Assembly (NCBI GenBank): GCA_964202905.1
Contig: CAXNJO010000001.1
Coordinates: 160,001 to 224,000 of the forward strand
Reading direction: 5' to 3'
DNA from: Polyangiales bacterium
Lineage (GTDB): Bacteria > Myxococcota_A > Polyangia > Polyangiales > JADJQN01
Length of the DNA stretch: 64,000 nt
The translations under genes and the position numbers were made by a program. The notes below the pieces were generated by a model. The model saw only the letters and a program-made list of their open reading frames with translations, was not told where the DNA came from and did not search any database. Shown in pieces: positions 54,957-64,000 of the stretch. Position 1 is the first letter of the stretch; each line of letters opens with the position of its first letter.

Positions 54957-55424
54957 GTGCTCATCGAGGAAGTGGACGGGGACCTGCTCGATCAAACCGT
55001 CGATGCCATCGTCAATGCGTGGAATCGCAACATCATCCCTTGGTGGCTGCTGATTCCACAAGGCGTGTCGGGGGCAATCAAGCGGCGCGCGGGCAAGGAG
55101 CCGTTCCGTGAGGTCGCGAGGCACGGCGCGATGCCGCTCGGCAGCGCCGTGGTCACGGGTGCGGGTCGTCTCCCGCACAAAGCCATCATCCACGTGGCCG
55201 GGATCGACATGCTTTGGACCGCCACGGAGCAGAGCATCCGATTGTCGATCCGCAACGCCGTCGCGGCAGCTCAACGGCACGGCTTCACCTCGATCGCGGT
55301 CCCGGCCATCGGCGCGGGGAGCGGTCGTTTCGACGAGGCGAAGTCGTTCGCGCTGTTGAGGGACGAGCTGCGGAATCTCGACTACGCGGGACGCGTCGTG
55401 CTCGTGCGCTTCCGAAAGCGCTGA
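54957..55424 (+). CDS. Macro domain protein (Appr-1-p / ADP-ribose processing)
   Basis: RBS AGGAG; GDLLDQTVDAIVNAWN, GVSGAI, AVVTGAG.L, IIHVAG, PAIGAG. Confidence 0.92.
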   Translation: MLIEEVDGDLLDQTVDAIVNAWNRNIIPWWLLIPQGVSGAIKRRAGKEPFREVARHGAMPLGSAVVTGAGRLPHKAIIHVAGIDMLWTATEQSIRLSIRNAVAAAQRHGFTSIAVPAIGAGSGRFDEAKSFALLRDELRNLDYAGRVVLVRFRKR

Positions 55425-55464
55425 CTTGGATTCCCGTTCATCACGTTCGGCCATTTCCGCGAGA

Positions 55465-55675
55465 TTCCCACCCGCCTTCAAGGGGTTTCCCACCCACTCC
55501 CAGGGGGTTTCCCACCCACCCCCAGCCCCTCCCGTCCGCCGAGCCTGCGGCGCTCCCACCCACCCCCAGCCCCTCCCGCCCGCCGGCGGGAGGGGAGTTT
55601 TCAGGAGGGGCGGTCGCGACAGGTGGTTTGCGGCGCTGAGGTGAGACTGCGGTGTCTCGGATTTCTTCGCGGGTG
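55465..55675 (+). repeat. REP-like composite repeat, copy B (left arm duplicated)
   Basis: Perfect 11-bp hairpin cccctcccgcc-cgcc-ggcgggagggg with the same flanks as copy A. Confidence 0.88.
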
Positions 55676-55938
55676 CTGAGAGGGGATCTCCGCGCGCGAA
55701 TTCGCGGATCTTCATCCCGATTGGCGGTGTTCGGGGGACCGGGCGGCAGGTCGCGGCGCATGTCGAGCCCGATGCGTTGGCCTTCGCGGAAACGGCGGTC
55801 GGCGAGGATGCGGCCGATCCAGCGGGCGCGCGCGATGGCTTCGGGCGTCGCGCGGGCGAGCTGGTCTTCAACGACCTTGCGGACGCGCGGGAGTCGATCG
55901 GGGTGCGTGTGCAGGAGCTGCACGTCGAAGACCGGCAT
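55676..55938 (-). other. Possible gene fragment whose ORF runs into repeat copy B
   Basis: Protein-like N-terminal half of ORF 55441..55938 (…RVRKVVEDQLARATPEAIARARWIGRIL…); no family recognised. Confidence 0.3.
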
Positions 55939-56010
55939 GCCCTGGTGGTGGGTGAAGAGCCGGTGTGTCGCGATCGACGCCCCCCGGCGTTGCGCCCCCT
56001 GGACAGACCG

Positions 56011-56400
56011 TTACTTCCCGCGATCGACCGCGACGGGAATCCCGGCGGCCGCCATGTCGGAGAAATCGGCGTCGTCCGTCAGGACGGTGGCTCCGTGGTG
56101 CATCGCGTAGGTGGCGATCAGGAGATCGAGGGACTTGGCCGTCCGTCCCTTTCGCGCAAGCAGATAGCCGAGCTCACCGGCGGCGAGCCAGAGATCGGGG
56201 GGCGCATCGAGCCGCTCGAGCGCCTCGAGCAGCGGCAACACCCGCTTGCGTTCAGGCGGACGAAGCCCCCGCACGAGCTCCGTGAGCACCGGCCCGCACA
56301 AGGCCGCCTCTCCCTCGGACACCGCGATGGCCACGCGTTCGGCGAGCCTCCCGCGGTCGCGGAAGAACGCGATCCAGGCCGATGTGTCGACGAGGATCAT
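56011..56400 (-). CDS. vapC: VapC PIN-domain toxin
   Basis: MILVDTSAWIAFF, VLTELVRG, SLDLLIA, LTDDADF. Confidence 0.92.
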   Translation of the reverse strand: MILVDTSAWIAFFRDRGRLAERVAIAVSEGEAALCGPVLTELVRGLRPPERKRVLPLLEALERLDAPPDLWLAAGELGYLLARKGRTAKSLDLLIATYAMHHGATVLTDDADFSDMAAAGIPVAVDRGK

Positions 56401-56597
56401 CGTCGCGTCTTCGTGAGGTCGAGATCGAAGTCGACCTTCCCGCGGAGCGCGAGCAGCGCATGCCGCTTCTTGCGGCGACGCAGCTCTTCGAGGCCGAGCA
56501 CGACCGTCTCGGTGATGCCGAGGCCCGTCATCTTCTGTGCATCGAGGAGCAGATCCTCGGGGACGTTGAGCGTGATCTTCTTGGCCGCGCGGGTCAT
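56397..56597 (-). CDS. vapB: VapB antitoxin
   Basis: KITLNVPEDLL..AQ..TG..ITETV; ATGA overlap with vapC. Confidence 0.85.
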   Translation of the reverse strand: MTRAAKKITLNVPEDLLLDAQKMTGLGITETVVLGLEELRRRKKRHALLALRGKVDFDLDLTKTRR

Positions 56598-56641
56598 GGC
56601 GCCAGCGTAGCATATGGTCGAAACAGGCTTGGAAGCTGGTA

Positions 56642-56825
56642 GGGTTTTCCCACCCACCCCCAGTTCTCTCCCACCCACCCCCTGCCCCTCCCGCCCGCCG
56701 GCGGGAGGGGAGTTTTCCGGAGGGGCGGCGCGACAGGTGGTTTGCGGGTCATGGGGCTGTGAGGTTGCGGATTCCTTCACGGGCGGTTGCGGAGACTCGG
56801 ATTCTTTCACGGGCGGTTGCGGGGG
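56642..56825 (+). repeat. REP-like composite repeat, copy C
   Basis: Same hairpin and cgacaggtggtttgcgg tail; 30-bp duplication cggatt(c)cttcacgggcggttgcgg at the 3' side. Confidence 0.88.
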
Positions 56826-56832
56826 ATTGGTT

Positions 56833-57318
56833 TCATTCGGGCGGATGCGCGGGTTTCTGGCGGGAGAGCCAAATGGCCCAGAGGACGGGGATGGGGAGGG
56901 AGAGGAGCCACGGGAGGGTGCGGTCGTCGAGCCAGGTGGTGCGGTGTCCGGAGGCGTCGACGGTGGTGCAGCCGAAGCGGCCGTGGCTGCCGAACCAGAG
57001 GGCGATGTCGTGGGCTGGGCCGTGGACGAAGAGGTGGGCGCCGACGATGGCCAGCGCGGAGGCAGCGACGAAGGCCACGACGAGGGGGCGGCGCGGGGCG
57101 GGATGCGTCAGGGATCGGGCTCGTGTGGAGAGCACGATGTGCGGAAGGAAACAGCCGCAGAGCATCAGCAGCCCCGCGACGGGCGCGTCACTCGGGGCGA
57201 GGACGAGGACCTCGTAGAAGTAGGCGAGCGTCAGCACGACGCCGGTCAGCGCGAGGCCGCCCTGCGCGACAAGCAGAGTCGCGACGATCGTGCGGGCGCT
57301 GAAGTGCGGTTTCTGCAT
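56833..57318 (-). CDS. Hypothetical membrane protein (about 4 TM)
   Basis: Several hydrophobic segments; start ATG 57318. Confidence 0.6.
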   Translation of the reverse strand: MQKPHFSARTIVATLLVAQGGLALTGVVLTLAYFYEVLVLAPSDAPVAGLLMLCGCFLPHIVLSTRARSLTHPAPRRPLVVAFVAASALAIVGAHLFVHGPAHDIALWFGSHGRFGCTTVDASGHRTTWLDDRTLPWLLSLPIPVLWAIWLSRQKPAHPPE

Positions 57319-57395
57319 GCGATCCGGGCCTCTCACCGCGCGTCGGTCCCATTGGAAGGGTTGGAAATGCCCTCTCGCCGTGCGAGCGTAGTCGA

Positions 57396-58013
57396 ATGCG
57401 TCGCTGGCAGATCAGGTGTGCTTGTCTGATGTGGATGATCGTCGTCGCGGGATGCGGCGGAGGCGATGGGCCCGCGGAGACGCCCGATGCGGGACGCGTC
57501 GATGCGGGGCCCGCCGACGATGCGGGCAACGCAGACGCCGGCATCCCGATGGACGCGGGCCCCACGGACGCGGCGCTGCCGGGCGAGGACGGCGCGGCGG
57601 ATCTCGGCGCGGGCGACGCAGGCGAAGAATTCGCGCGCTCGTACGTGCGCCCCTCGTGCGGCCCGGCCGACGGCCCCGCGTTCGAGCTCGCGCTCTTCGA
57701 CGGGAGCGTCGCGGTGTGCAGCGTCGAGGGCGCGCCACTCTCCGTCTCGTTCTACGTCCACGACCTCTCGGGCGCGCGCATTTCCCCGCTCGCGGGAGAC
57801 ACCCTCACCTCTACGCTCGCCATGCCGAGCGGCACCGCCAACCGCTGCATGGCCGGCGTCTGCGAGAGCAGCGAAGACTGGTCCCTCACCTTCCGCAGCT
57901 ACGACGTCGGCACCGGCGCGCGCGGCACCTACTCCGTGCTCTGGCCCGACGGAACCCGCTCCGCCGGCCAATTCGACGCCGCATGGTGCGCGGGTATGCC
58001 GCTCTGCGGCTGA
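57396..58013 (+). CDS. Hypothetical lipoprotein with DAG linker
   Basis: VAGC lipobox; CGPADGPA...F.A.WC...LCG. Confidence 0.75.
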   Translation: MRRWQIRCACLMWMIVVAGCGGGDGPAETPDAGRVDAGPADDAGNADAGIPMDAGPTDAALPGEDGAADLGAGDAGEEFARSYVRPSCGPADGPAFELALFDGSVAVCSVEGAPLSVSFYVHDLSGARISPLAGDTLTSTLAMPSGTANRCMAGVCESSEDWSLTFRSYDVGTGARGTYSVLWPDGTRSAGQFDAAWCAGMPLCG

Positions 58014-58260
58014 GCGCGAGGCTTCACGGAATCCCACGCTTCGAGGGATACGTCTGCGAGGGCCATGGGCCTATCGCGCGGACGTACCATCGGCGACATG
58101 AAGCGCGTCCGCGGGTGACAGGGCGTGATGCGGCGACGTGAGACGTGGACGTCGACGCGTCGCGGACCCAAGACCCGCGGTCCGCCACGCTCGCAGAGCA
58201 CATCGACGCGTCATCCGATGTCGGGATACGCGATGTTCGCCATCCGCTCGGAGACCCACT

Positions 58261-58593
58261 GTGCCGACCCTGATCACGCTCTCGCTGAGCCTCAACATCG
58301 CCATCCTCATCCCGGTCTGCATCGGGCTGCTCGCGAATGCGGCGTGGACCCGAAAGGCCTACGGCGAGCGATCGCCGGCGCGCGGGATCCTGCTGTCGAT
58401 CTAGGGCGCGATCTTCGTGATGTCGGCGGTGCTCCTGTTCCGCGGACAGCCCGCGCAGGCCGCTCCCCTGCTGTGGATGCAGGTCCTCTACAAGGTCACC
58501 ACGCCGCTGTCGGTGGGCACGCTGCGGAATCCCGTCGTCCTCACCAACCTCGGTGTCGCGGCCTTTCACATCGCTACGCTCGCGAGCGGGTGA
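58261..58593 (+). pseudogene. Small membrane protein interrupted by an in-frame TAG at 58402-58404
   Basis: VPTLITLSLSLNIAILIPVC...ARGILLSI*GAIFVMSAVLL...QVLYKVTTPLSVGTLRNPVVLTNLGVAAFHIATL continues in frame past the stop. Confidence 0.7.
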
Positions 58594-58596
58594 ACG

Positions 58597-58664
58597 GAAC
58601 CTCCCTCCCCCAACCCCCTCCCTCCTTTCAGGAGTGGAGGGGGCTTTCCGGAGGAGCGGCGCGA
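58597..58664 (+). repeat. Degenerate relative of the REP-like repeat (copy D)
   Basis: ctccctcccccaaccccctccctcc-tttca-ggagtggagggggctttccggaggagcggcgcga. Confidence 0.6.
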
Positions 58665-58704
58665 TGAACCTCCCTCACTTCCGTGGACACGCGTCCAAGC
58701 CAAG

Positions 58705-58929
58705 GCGTCGGCGACGTCGCCGCTGGCCAAAGCCTCGCCGGCCTCTACTCGCTCATCGCCACCTGCGAATCGCGCGGCATCAACCCCTTCGACTACCTCA
58801 CCGACGTCCTCGCCCGCGTGCAGGATCACCCCGCGAACGCCATCGACGAATTGCTCCCCGCCGCCTGGGCCGCTGCGAACTGAACGTCGATCCGCGCGCT
58901 TGTCGCGACGGTGGTCGCCGGACGGTTAC
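58705..58929 (+). mobile_element. IS66-family remnant (TnpC C-terminus plus right inverted repeat)
   Basis: LYSLIATCESRGINPFDYLTDVLARV...IDELLP..W*; ends ...ccggacggttac at 58929. Confidence 0.85.
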
Positions 58930-58986
58930 CGCGAGCGCTCACAAACGCGCGATGAAGTCCGCGGGGCAGCTCCGAGCAGGCGTGAG

Positions 58987-60678
58987 TCACGGGACCTCCG
59001 GGTTCACGATGCGCTGCGCTAGCTGAAGCACGGCGTCGAACCGCGCGTCTCGGAACTTGCAGTACGTCTCCACGTCCAACTTCATCTTGCTGGGGTCGCT
59101 GGCCCAGGGCTCGGCGAGAAGATGCTTCTCCACAGGCACGCTCGCGGCCTTCATCCGCGAGAAGTGGGAGTCCGGGTGCTCGGCGCGCTTGCGGATGTTG
59201 TCCTTGGCACCGACGAACCGGAAATTGCCGAGGTGGTTGATGTCGTCGCTGGTCAGTCCGAGGGGACGCAGCCTGGCTCGTGGGTAGATGTGGTCGACGT
59301 GCGGGGCATTCCCTGCAAACTGGCTCTCGTACAAGGAGGTGCCGAACTTTTCGCGGTACACGAGGTTGAGGACCATCGTGCGGACGCGGGAGCCGCCGAC
59401 GTTGGAGGCAGTGAGCTCTACCTCCCGGCGGTAGCCCGCGAAGAACGTCTTGATGTCCTCGAGCGGGAAGACCCCGTTCGCTGCCACGAGCTTGTTGTGC
59501 AGGCTGGTGAGGATCTGGTCAGTGGACGCGCCGAACCAGTTGAAGAGCTGCGCCTTGTGGAAGTAGCCCACGATGCGTCGGCGCTGAGCCTCCGTGGGGG
59601 CCGGGAAGTGAAACAGGTAGTCGACGATGGGGATGAATGCGACGTAGCTTCGGACGAGGCGATCCGAGGCCACTCCGATGTCCTGGGTGATCACGTCGTG
59701 AAGTTGTTCGAAGGCGGTCTCGAGGCGAGGCCAGCAATCCTGGATCCTCTTCATGAGAAGGTCCCCGTCGGCGCCCGAGAACAGACGAGGCTCGAGAGTG
59801 CCGTTGCCGGTCAACGTCACGACGATGGCCTTCAGCACCAGCGCCTTGTCGAAGGCGAGGTCGCCGACCGAGAGGCTCTCCGCGAGTTCCTCGACCTGCT
59901 CCTCGATCTCATTGGACAGGCCCTTCATGGCGGCGAACATCAAGTCGCCGCCGTCGAGCTTCGTGCCTCCACTGTTCACGCGAACGAAGACCTCGAGGAC
60001 GCGCTCGTATGGGAAGTCAGCGACGATGCCGTCGAGCTCGTCGTACCAGAAGACGTTCTCCTCCTTGAGGATCCGGGCAAGGCTTTCTACGTTGGCCTGC
60101 ACGCGGTTGAGGCTATCTTCAACCTCGTTTTCCGGGCCGGTGAACAGGGACTCGAGCCGCCGTGCCTCCTGCCGTCCGAGAGCACGCCCGCTGGTCCTGG
60201 CGTGAATGCCCCGCAGGTTCGCCACGCGATACCAAGAGGGTCCCGGAGCCTCGGCGGAGAACTTGATTTGGAACCAGAAGCCCTCGTCGTCCTGGATCTG
60301 CCCGCTTGTGAGATCTAGCCACGCTTCGAGCCGGTCGCCCGCATCGGTGGTGATGCTCCCGTCGAACAGGGTGCGGAGTGCCTGGAGTCGTTGCTGTCCG
60401 TCCAGCACGAACAGTCGCTCATGGCCGCCATCCGAGGCGTGCGGGTCGTAGAGTTTGTGAAGCTCCGGGTCGCGCGTCACCGAATCCATGAACTTGCGGG
60501 CCTTGATCGGGTCCTTGGTCCGCCAGAAGAGCAAGGTCTGGATCGGGTACTCCCGGAGCAAGCTGTCCAGCAGCTTCCGGACCTGCTCCTCACGCCACAC
60601 GAAGGGGCGCTGGATGTGCGGCAGGTAGATCGTCTTGTTCAGGTCATCGAGGAGCTTGTAGAGCGGCTGAGACTTCAT
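58987..60678 (-). CDS. DUF262 + DUF1524 (GmrSD-like) protein, putative modification-dependent nuclease
   Basis: LPHIQRPFVW, LDSL...YPI, LDGQQRL, FVRVNSGGTKL; HVDHIYP...NHLGNF...N (HNH-like). Confidence 0.9.
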   Translation of the reverse strand: MKSQPLYKLLDDLNKTIYLPHIQRPFVWREEQVRKLLDSLLREYPIQTLLFWRTKDPIKARKFMDSVTRDPELHKLYDPHASDGGHERLFVLDGQQRLQALRTLFDGSITTDAGDRLEAWLDLTSGQIQDDEGFWFQIKFSAEAPGPSWYRVANLRGIHARTSGRALGRQEARRLESLFTGPENEVEDSLNRVQANVESLARILKEENVFWYDELDGIVADFPYERVLEVFVRVNSGGTKLDGGDLMFAAMKGLSNEIEEQVEELAESLSVGDLAFDKALVLKAIVVTLTGNGTLEPRLFSGADGDLLMKRIQDCWPRLETAFEQLHDVITQDIGVASDRLVRSYVAFIPIVDYLFHFPAPTEAQRRRIVGYFHKAQLFNWFGASTDQILTSLHNKLVAANGVFPLEDIKTFFAGYRREVELTASNVGGSRVRTMVLNLVYREKFGTSLYESQFAGNAPHVDHIYPRARLRPLGLTSDDINHLGNFRFVGAKDNIRKRAEHPDSHFSRMKAASVPVEKHLLAEPWASDPSKMKLDVETYCKFRDARFDAVLQLAQRIVNPEVP

Positions 60679-60698
60679 GGGATTGTTCCTCGTGCCGA

Positions 60699-61289
60699 CT
60701 ATTCCGCGGCAACCGCAGGCTTCTTGATCAACATCGCGAAGTGAGTGGCAAGGAGCAGGCTGTCCCAGGCCCAGTAGAGGTCGGGGCCCTCGAGAGGGTC
60801 GTGATAGACGGCTACATCGCGGGAGCGTCCACGTGTGCGCGAGGGTCGGCCACCGCGGACGAGGTCATGGATCACGAGGTAGTGGCCGAGGTTCCCGAGG
60901 TTCGGCTTTCGGTGCGTGAAGGAGTCCACGAGCACCACGAGGATCATCTCGCCCTTGGTCCAACGGGCAGGAAGCTCCACGAGGGGCTTCGGTCTACCCG
61001 CTCGCCATTCCGCGTCCGTCTTCGTCCACGAGCAAAGCAACTCGATTGGTGCATTGGCGCACTTGGCTAGACGCGTTAGCGCCCGGCCCATCTGGGGCGC
61101 GCCGATGCCGTCCGCCGCGGTCCATGATGTACCCTGTTCGTCCTTCCAGACAACCTCAGGTCGGGCGGTTCCTCCGAGGAACTCCTCGACCATCCGCAGG
61201 CAGGCTAGCCCGCACGCCTTCTCGTGACGCTGCCTGTGGTACGGAATGACCGACGGCTCTGCTGCCGGCTGCTTCGACGACTTGCCCAT
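60699..61289 (-). CDS. Papain-fold C39-like cysteine peptidase
   Basis: RBS AGGAGG; YHRQ....CGLACLRMV, GHYLVI, YHDP. Confidence 0.7.
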   Translation of the reverse strand: MGKSSKQPAAEPSVIPYHRQRHEKACGLACLRMVEEFLGGTARPEVVWKDEQGTSWTAADGIGAPQMGRALTRLAKCANAPIELLCSWTKTDAEWRAGRPKPLVELPARWTKGEMILVVLVDSFTHRKPNLGNLGHYLVIHDLVRGGRPSRTRGRSRDVAVYHDPLEGPDLYWAWDSLLLATHFAMLIKKPAVAAE

Positions 61290-61719
61290 CTTGGTTGCCT
61301 CCTATCGCGAGTTTGGCGCCCACCGAGCTCCGATTGCGTTTGGTGCGCCTGCCCGCTCCCCTACTCCTGCTCAAACTCCGAAGTCCTAGACTTCAGCAGC
61401 GCCGCGTTCTCTTTCACGGTGCGCACGAGCTTGTCATCGAAGCCGGACTGGTTGGATGAGCACAATCTTCACGGCAAAGATTCCTCAGATTCTCGACGGA
61501 CCAGTGAGATGGGAGAATACACCGGTCGCCGTCTTCCGATCGGCTAATCCGTGGCCCGCGGGCATCCGCGCTGCCGCGGAGCCACCAGATGAACATCATC
61601 GGCGTAGCGAAGGGGGCGGCGATATGGAGAAGTCGGCGTACGCCGCGCCGAGCGCGTGGATGCCGGCACGCATCGCCCGCATCGTCGCGTCGGAATCGAC
61701 GGCGTATTCCGAGGGAATC

Positions 61720-61848
61720 CATCCGCACGAGAATGGCATTCGGTCACCACTCGGCGCACGCGCTGATCAGCCTTGCCATGCTGCGACTGGGTGGCATCGG
61801 CCCACCTCGGCCGGGCCGCAGATGACCCACGGATCGGTCAGGAGATCC
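61720..61848 (+). mobile_element. ISL3-family remnant (transposase C-terminus plus right inverted repeat)
   Basis: IRTRMAFGHHSAHALISLAMLRLGGIGPPRPGRR* followed by cccacggatcggtcaggagatcc. Confidence 0.75.
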
Positions 61849-61866
61849 CGAAGTAAGGGGTAGCGC

Positions 61867-63299
61867 CATGAATGATCGGTTAAAGCGCGCGCCTTCGAGA
61901 AAGCTTGTTCTTCGCGCGGGCGGGGGCCTTCCAGCCGCGGAGTTGATCGAGAATCGATGGCTTGCTCCTCCAGTTCGGGTCCTTGCCCACGTGCACGATC
62001 ACGGCGGCGAGGTGTTCCCACTCACGGGCGGCGGCTTCGCCCTCGAGGTGGAACGCACACGCGATGCGGTAGGCACATTGCGCGACCATGAGCGCAACGA
62101 GCCGGTGGTGCAGCGGTGCCTCGTTCCGCGGACCTGCGGCGGGCCGATGCGCCAGGTTGTGTCGGTGGACGATCGAGCCGATCAGGACCGACGCGATCAT
62201 GGAGGCGTGCAGCAGCGCGTTCACGGCCGCAGGGCGCTGCGCGTCGATCTCGTCGAGTCGCAGATTCGACTTGTCGAGTTTGTTGCTGCTCTCGACCTCC
62301 CAGCGCACGCGGTAGAGGTCGGCCACCGAGTGCGGGCCGACCGAGCGCGGCAGGTTCGTCAGGTAGAAGCGATGACCTTTGGCAGGCGCGAGCACGCCGA
62401 CGAGTCGCATCGGGAGCGCGTCGCCCCCGAGGGTGACGTCGACGTCGATGACGTTGCCGACTTCGAGGAAGACGTCATCGAGGAAGAGGTCGAGATCGGT
62501 CCCTGGCACGAAGGTCTTCTTGAGGTCGGCGCGGGCGACTCTGGTGACCTTCGGCTTCCAGTTGTGCTTGAGCCGAACAACCACTTTCACGCCGAACTCC
62601 TGGCACCGTCGCAGGCGCTCGAAGCTTGCGTAGCCGAGGTCGACCAGGAGCCCCATCCCGCGCCAGCTCTCGTCGATCGTGAGATGGGTCGAGTCGTGTT
62701 CGCGCGCGGGACTGAAGTGGTAGTCGACGACCGTGCCGCAGCCGACCGAGACCGTCTTGTGAACCTTCACCGCGGCGTAGTCACCCGCGCCGGGATACAC
62801 GGCCTGCAGCGCGGGATGGAGCTTCACCGTCGTGCTGTCGACGATGCGCCAGTCACGCACGCCGCCGAGCACACCGGGGAGATCCACCTCCTGGGCTCGC
62901 GCGAACGAGAGCGCGATCTGCGCGAGCTCCGCGGTCGCCTTCTCGAGCGGTGGCCCGAACCAGTCGTAGAACGAGCCGCGAGCGATCCTCGGCGCGCCCG
63001 CCTCGAAGTACTGCCGCATCATGTCGGCCTGGCGTCCGCCCGAGGGGCTCGACGCCGACACCAGCATCGTGCGCAGAAACGTCAGCGCGTCGCGCTTCCG
63101 GTCGCGCTGGTGGAAGCCCGTCGCGGTCGCGACCTCCAGCAGCACCTCGTCCGGAAGCAGGGTCCGCAGCAAATCCTGAAGTTCGGCTCCGTCCATGGTG
63201 GCGGAGAAGATCAGGTCCCCGCGCGACCCGCAACCTGGTTCGGCAGCGAGGACGCAACCGATCGAACTCGTTCAGTTTTTTGTTAACCGGCCATCTATG
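61867..63299 (-). mobile_element. Complete IS4-family element (1433 bp) with 17-bp imperfect IRs and 10-bp target duplication
   Basis: IRs CATgaATGatCGGTTAA / CATagATGgcCGGTTAA; GGGGTAGCGC at both 61857-61866 and 63300-63309. Confidence 0.93.
61880..63196 (-). CDS. IS4-family DDE transposase
   Basis: [28 protein letters not shown]...K (Y-R-E-K signature). Confidence 0.93.
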   Translation of the reverse strand: MDGAELQDLLRTLLPDEVLLEVATATGFHQRDRKRDALTFLRTMLVSASSPSGGRQADMMRQYFEAGAPRIARGSFYDWFGPPLEKATAELAQIALSFARAQEVDLPGVLGGVRDWRIVDSTTVKLHPALQAVYPGAGDYAAVKVHKTVSVGCGTVVDYHFSPAREHDSTHLTIDESWRGMGLLVDLGYASFERLRRCQEFGVKVVVRLKHNWKPKVTRVARADLKKTFVPGTDLDLFLDDVFLEVGNVIDVDVTLGGDALPMRLVGVLAPAKGHRFYLTNLPRSVGPHSVADLYRVRWEVESSNKLDKSNLRLDEIDAQRPAAVNALLHASMIASVLIGSIVHRHNLAHRPAAGPRNEAPLHHRLVALMVAQCAYRIACAFHLEGEAAAREWEHLAAVIVHVGKDPNWRSKPSILDQLRGWKAPARAKNKLSRRRAL

Positions 63300-63382
63300 G
63301 GGGTAGCGCGTACGGAGCAACAAGTACGGGCGCCGAAGCGCATTCGCTTCGGCCCCCGTCTTCGTTTTCCCCGCGCGGTGCT

Positions 63383-64000
<618 letters not shown>

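Noticed and set aside
54604..56825. CRISPR array or integron attC interpretation of the repeats
   Set aside because: There is no regular repeat-spacer period, no cas genes, no RYYYAAC...GTTRRRY ends that I could identify, and no integrase in the window.
58402..58404. Pyrrolysine or recoded amber codon
   Set aside because: No pyl genes are present, and other genes here use TAG as a normal stop (for example 9140 and 36780).
61361..61728. Short ORFs upstream of the peptidase as a third system gene
   Set aside because: The frames are broken and no motif is recognisable. At most this is a decayed fragment.

Overview
A very high-GC window, most likely from a myxobacterium (Polyangiales/Sandaracinaceae-like). 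This is inferred from the MYXO-CTERM tail, the TSP3/OmpA and VWA lipoproteins, and the PEGA kinase. Core-like content from 1 to 54.6 kb includes a Ser/Thr kinase, tolQRAB, a GNAT, a J-domain protein, HupE/UreJ, PilZ, ferrochelatase and CHAD-CYTH. The lysine-catabolism genes are split: kamD lies 7.5 kb from kamE-kal-kce, with a TraB-like OmpA protein and a 1,645-aa Cys-rich MYXO-CTERM surface protein between them. Further on are a GGDEF cyclase, tRNA-Met, two tandem alpha-2-macroglobulin-like giants without a visible thioester motif, two VWA lipoproteins, three AIM24 genes, nrdJ with putative NrdR boxes, a PGRP amidase and several lipoproteins. From 54.6 to 63.3 kb is an accessory region: co-oriented ~200-bp hairpin repeats separate small cargo genes (macro domain, VapBC), followed by IS66 and ISL3 remnants bracketing a C39-like peptidase + DUF262/DUF1524 pair, and an intact IS4 with a 10-bp target duplication. 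Many long genes carry single-base frameshifts, probably assembly errors. All family calls come from motif recognition by eye, not database searches.
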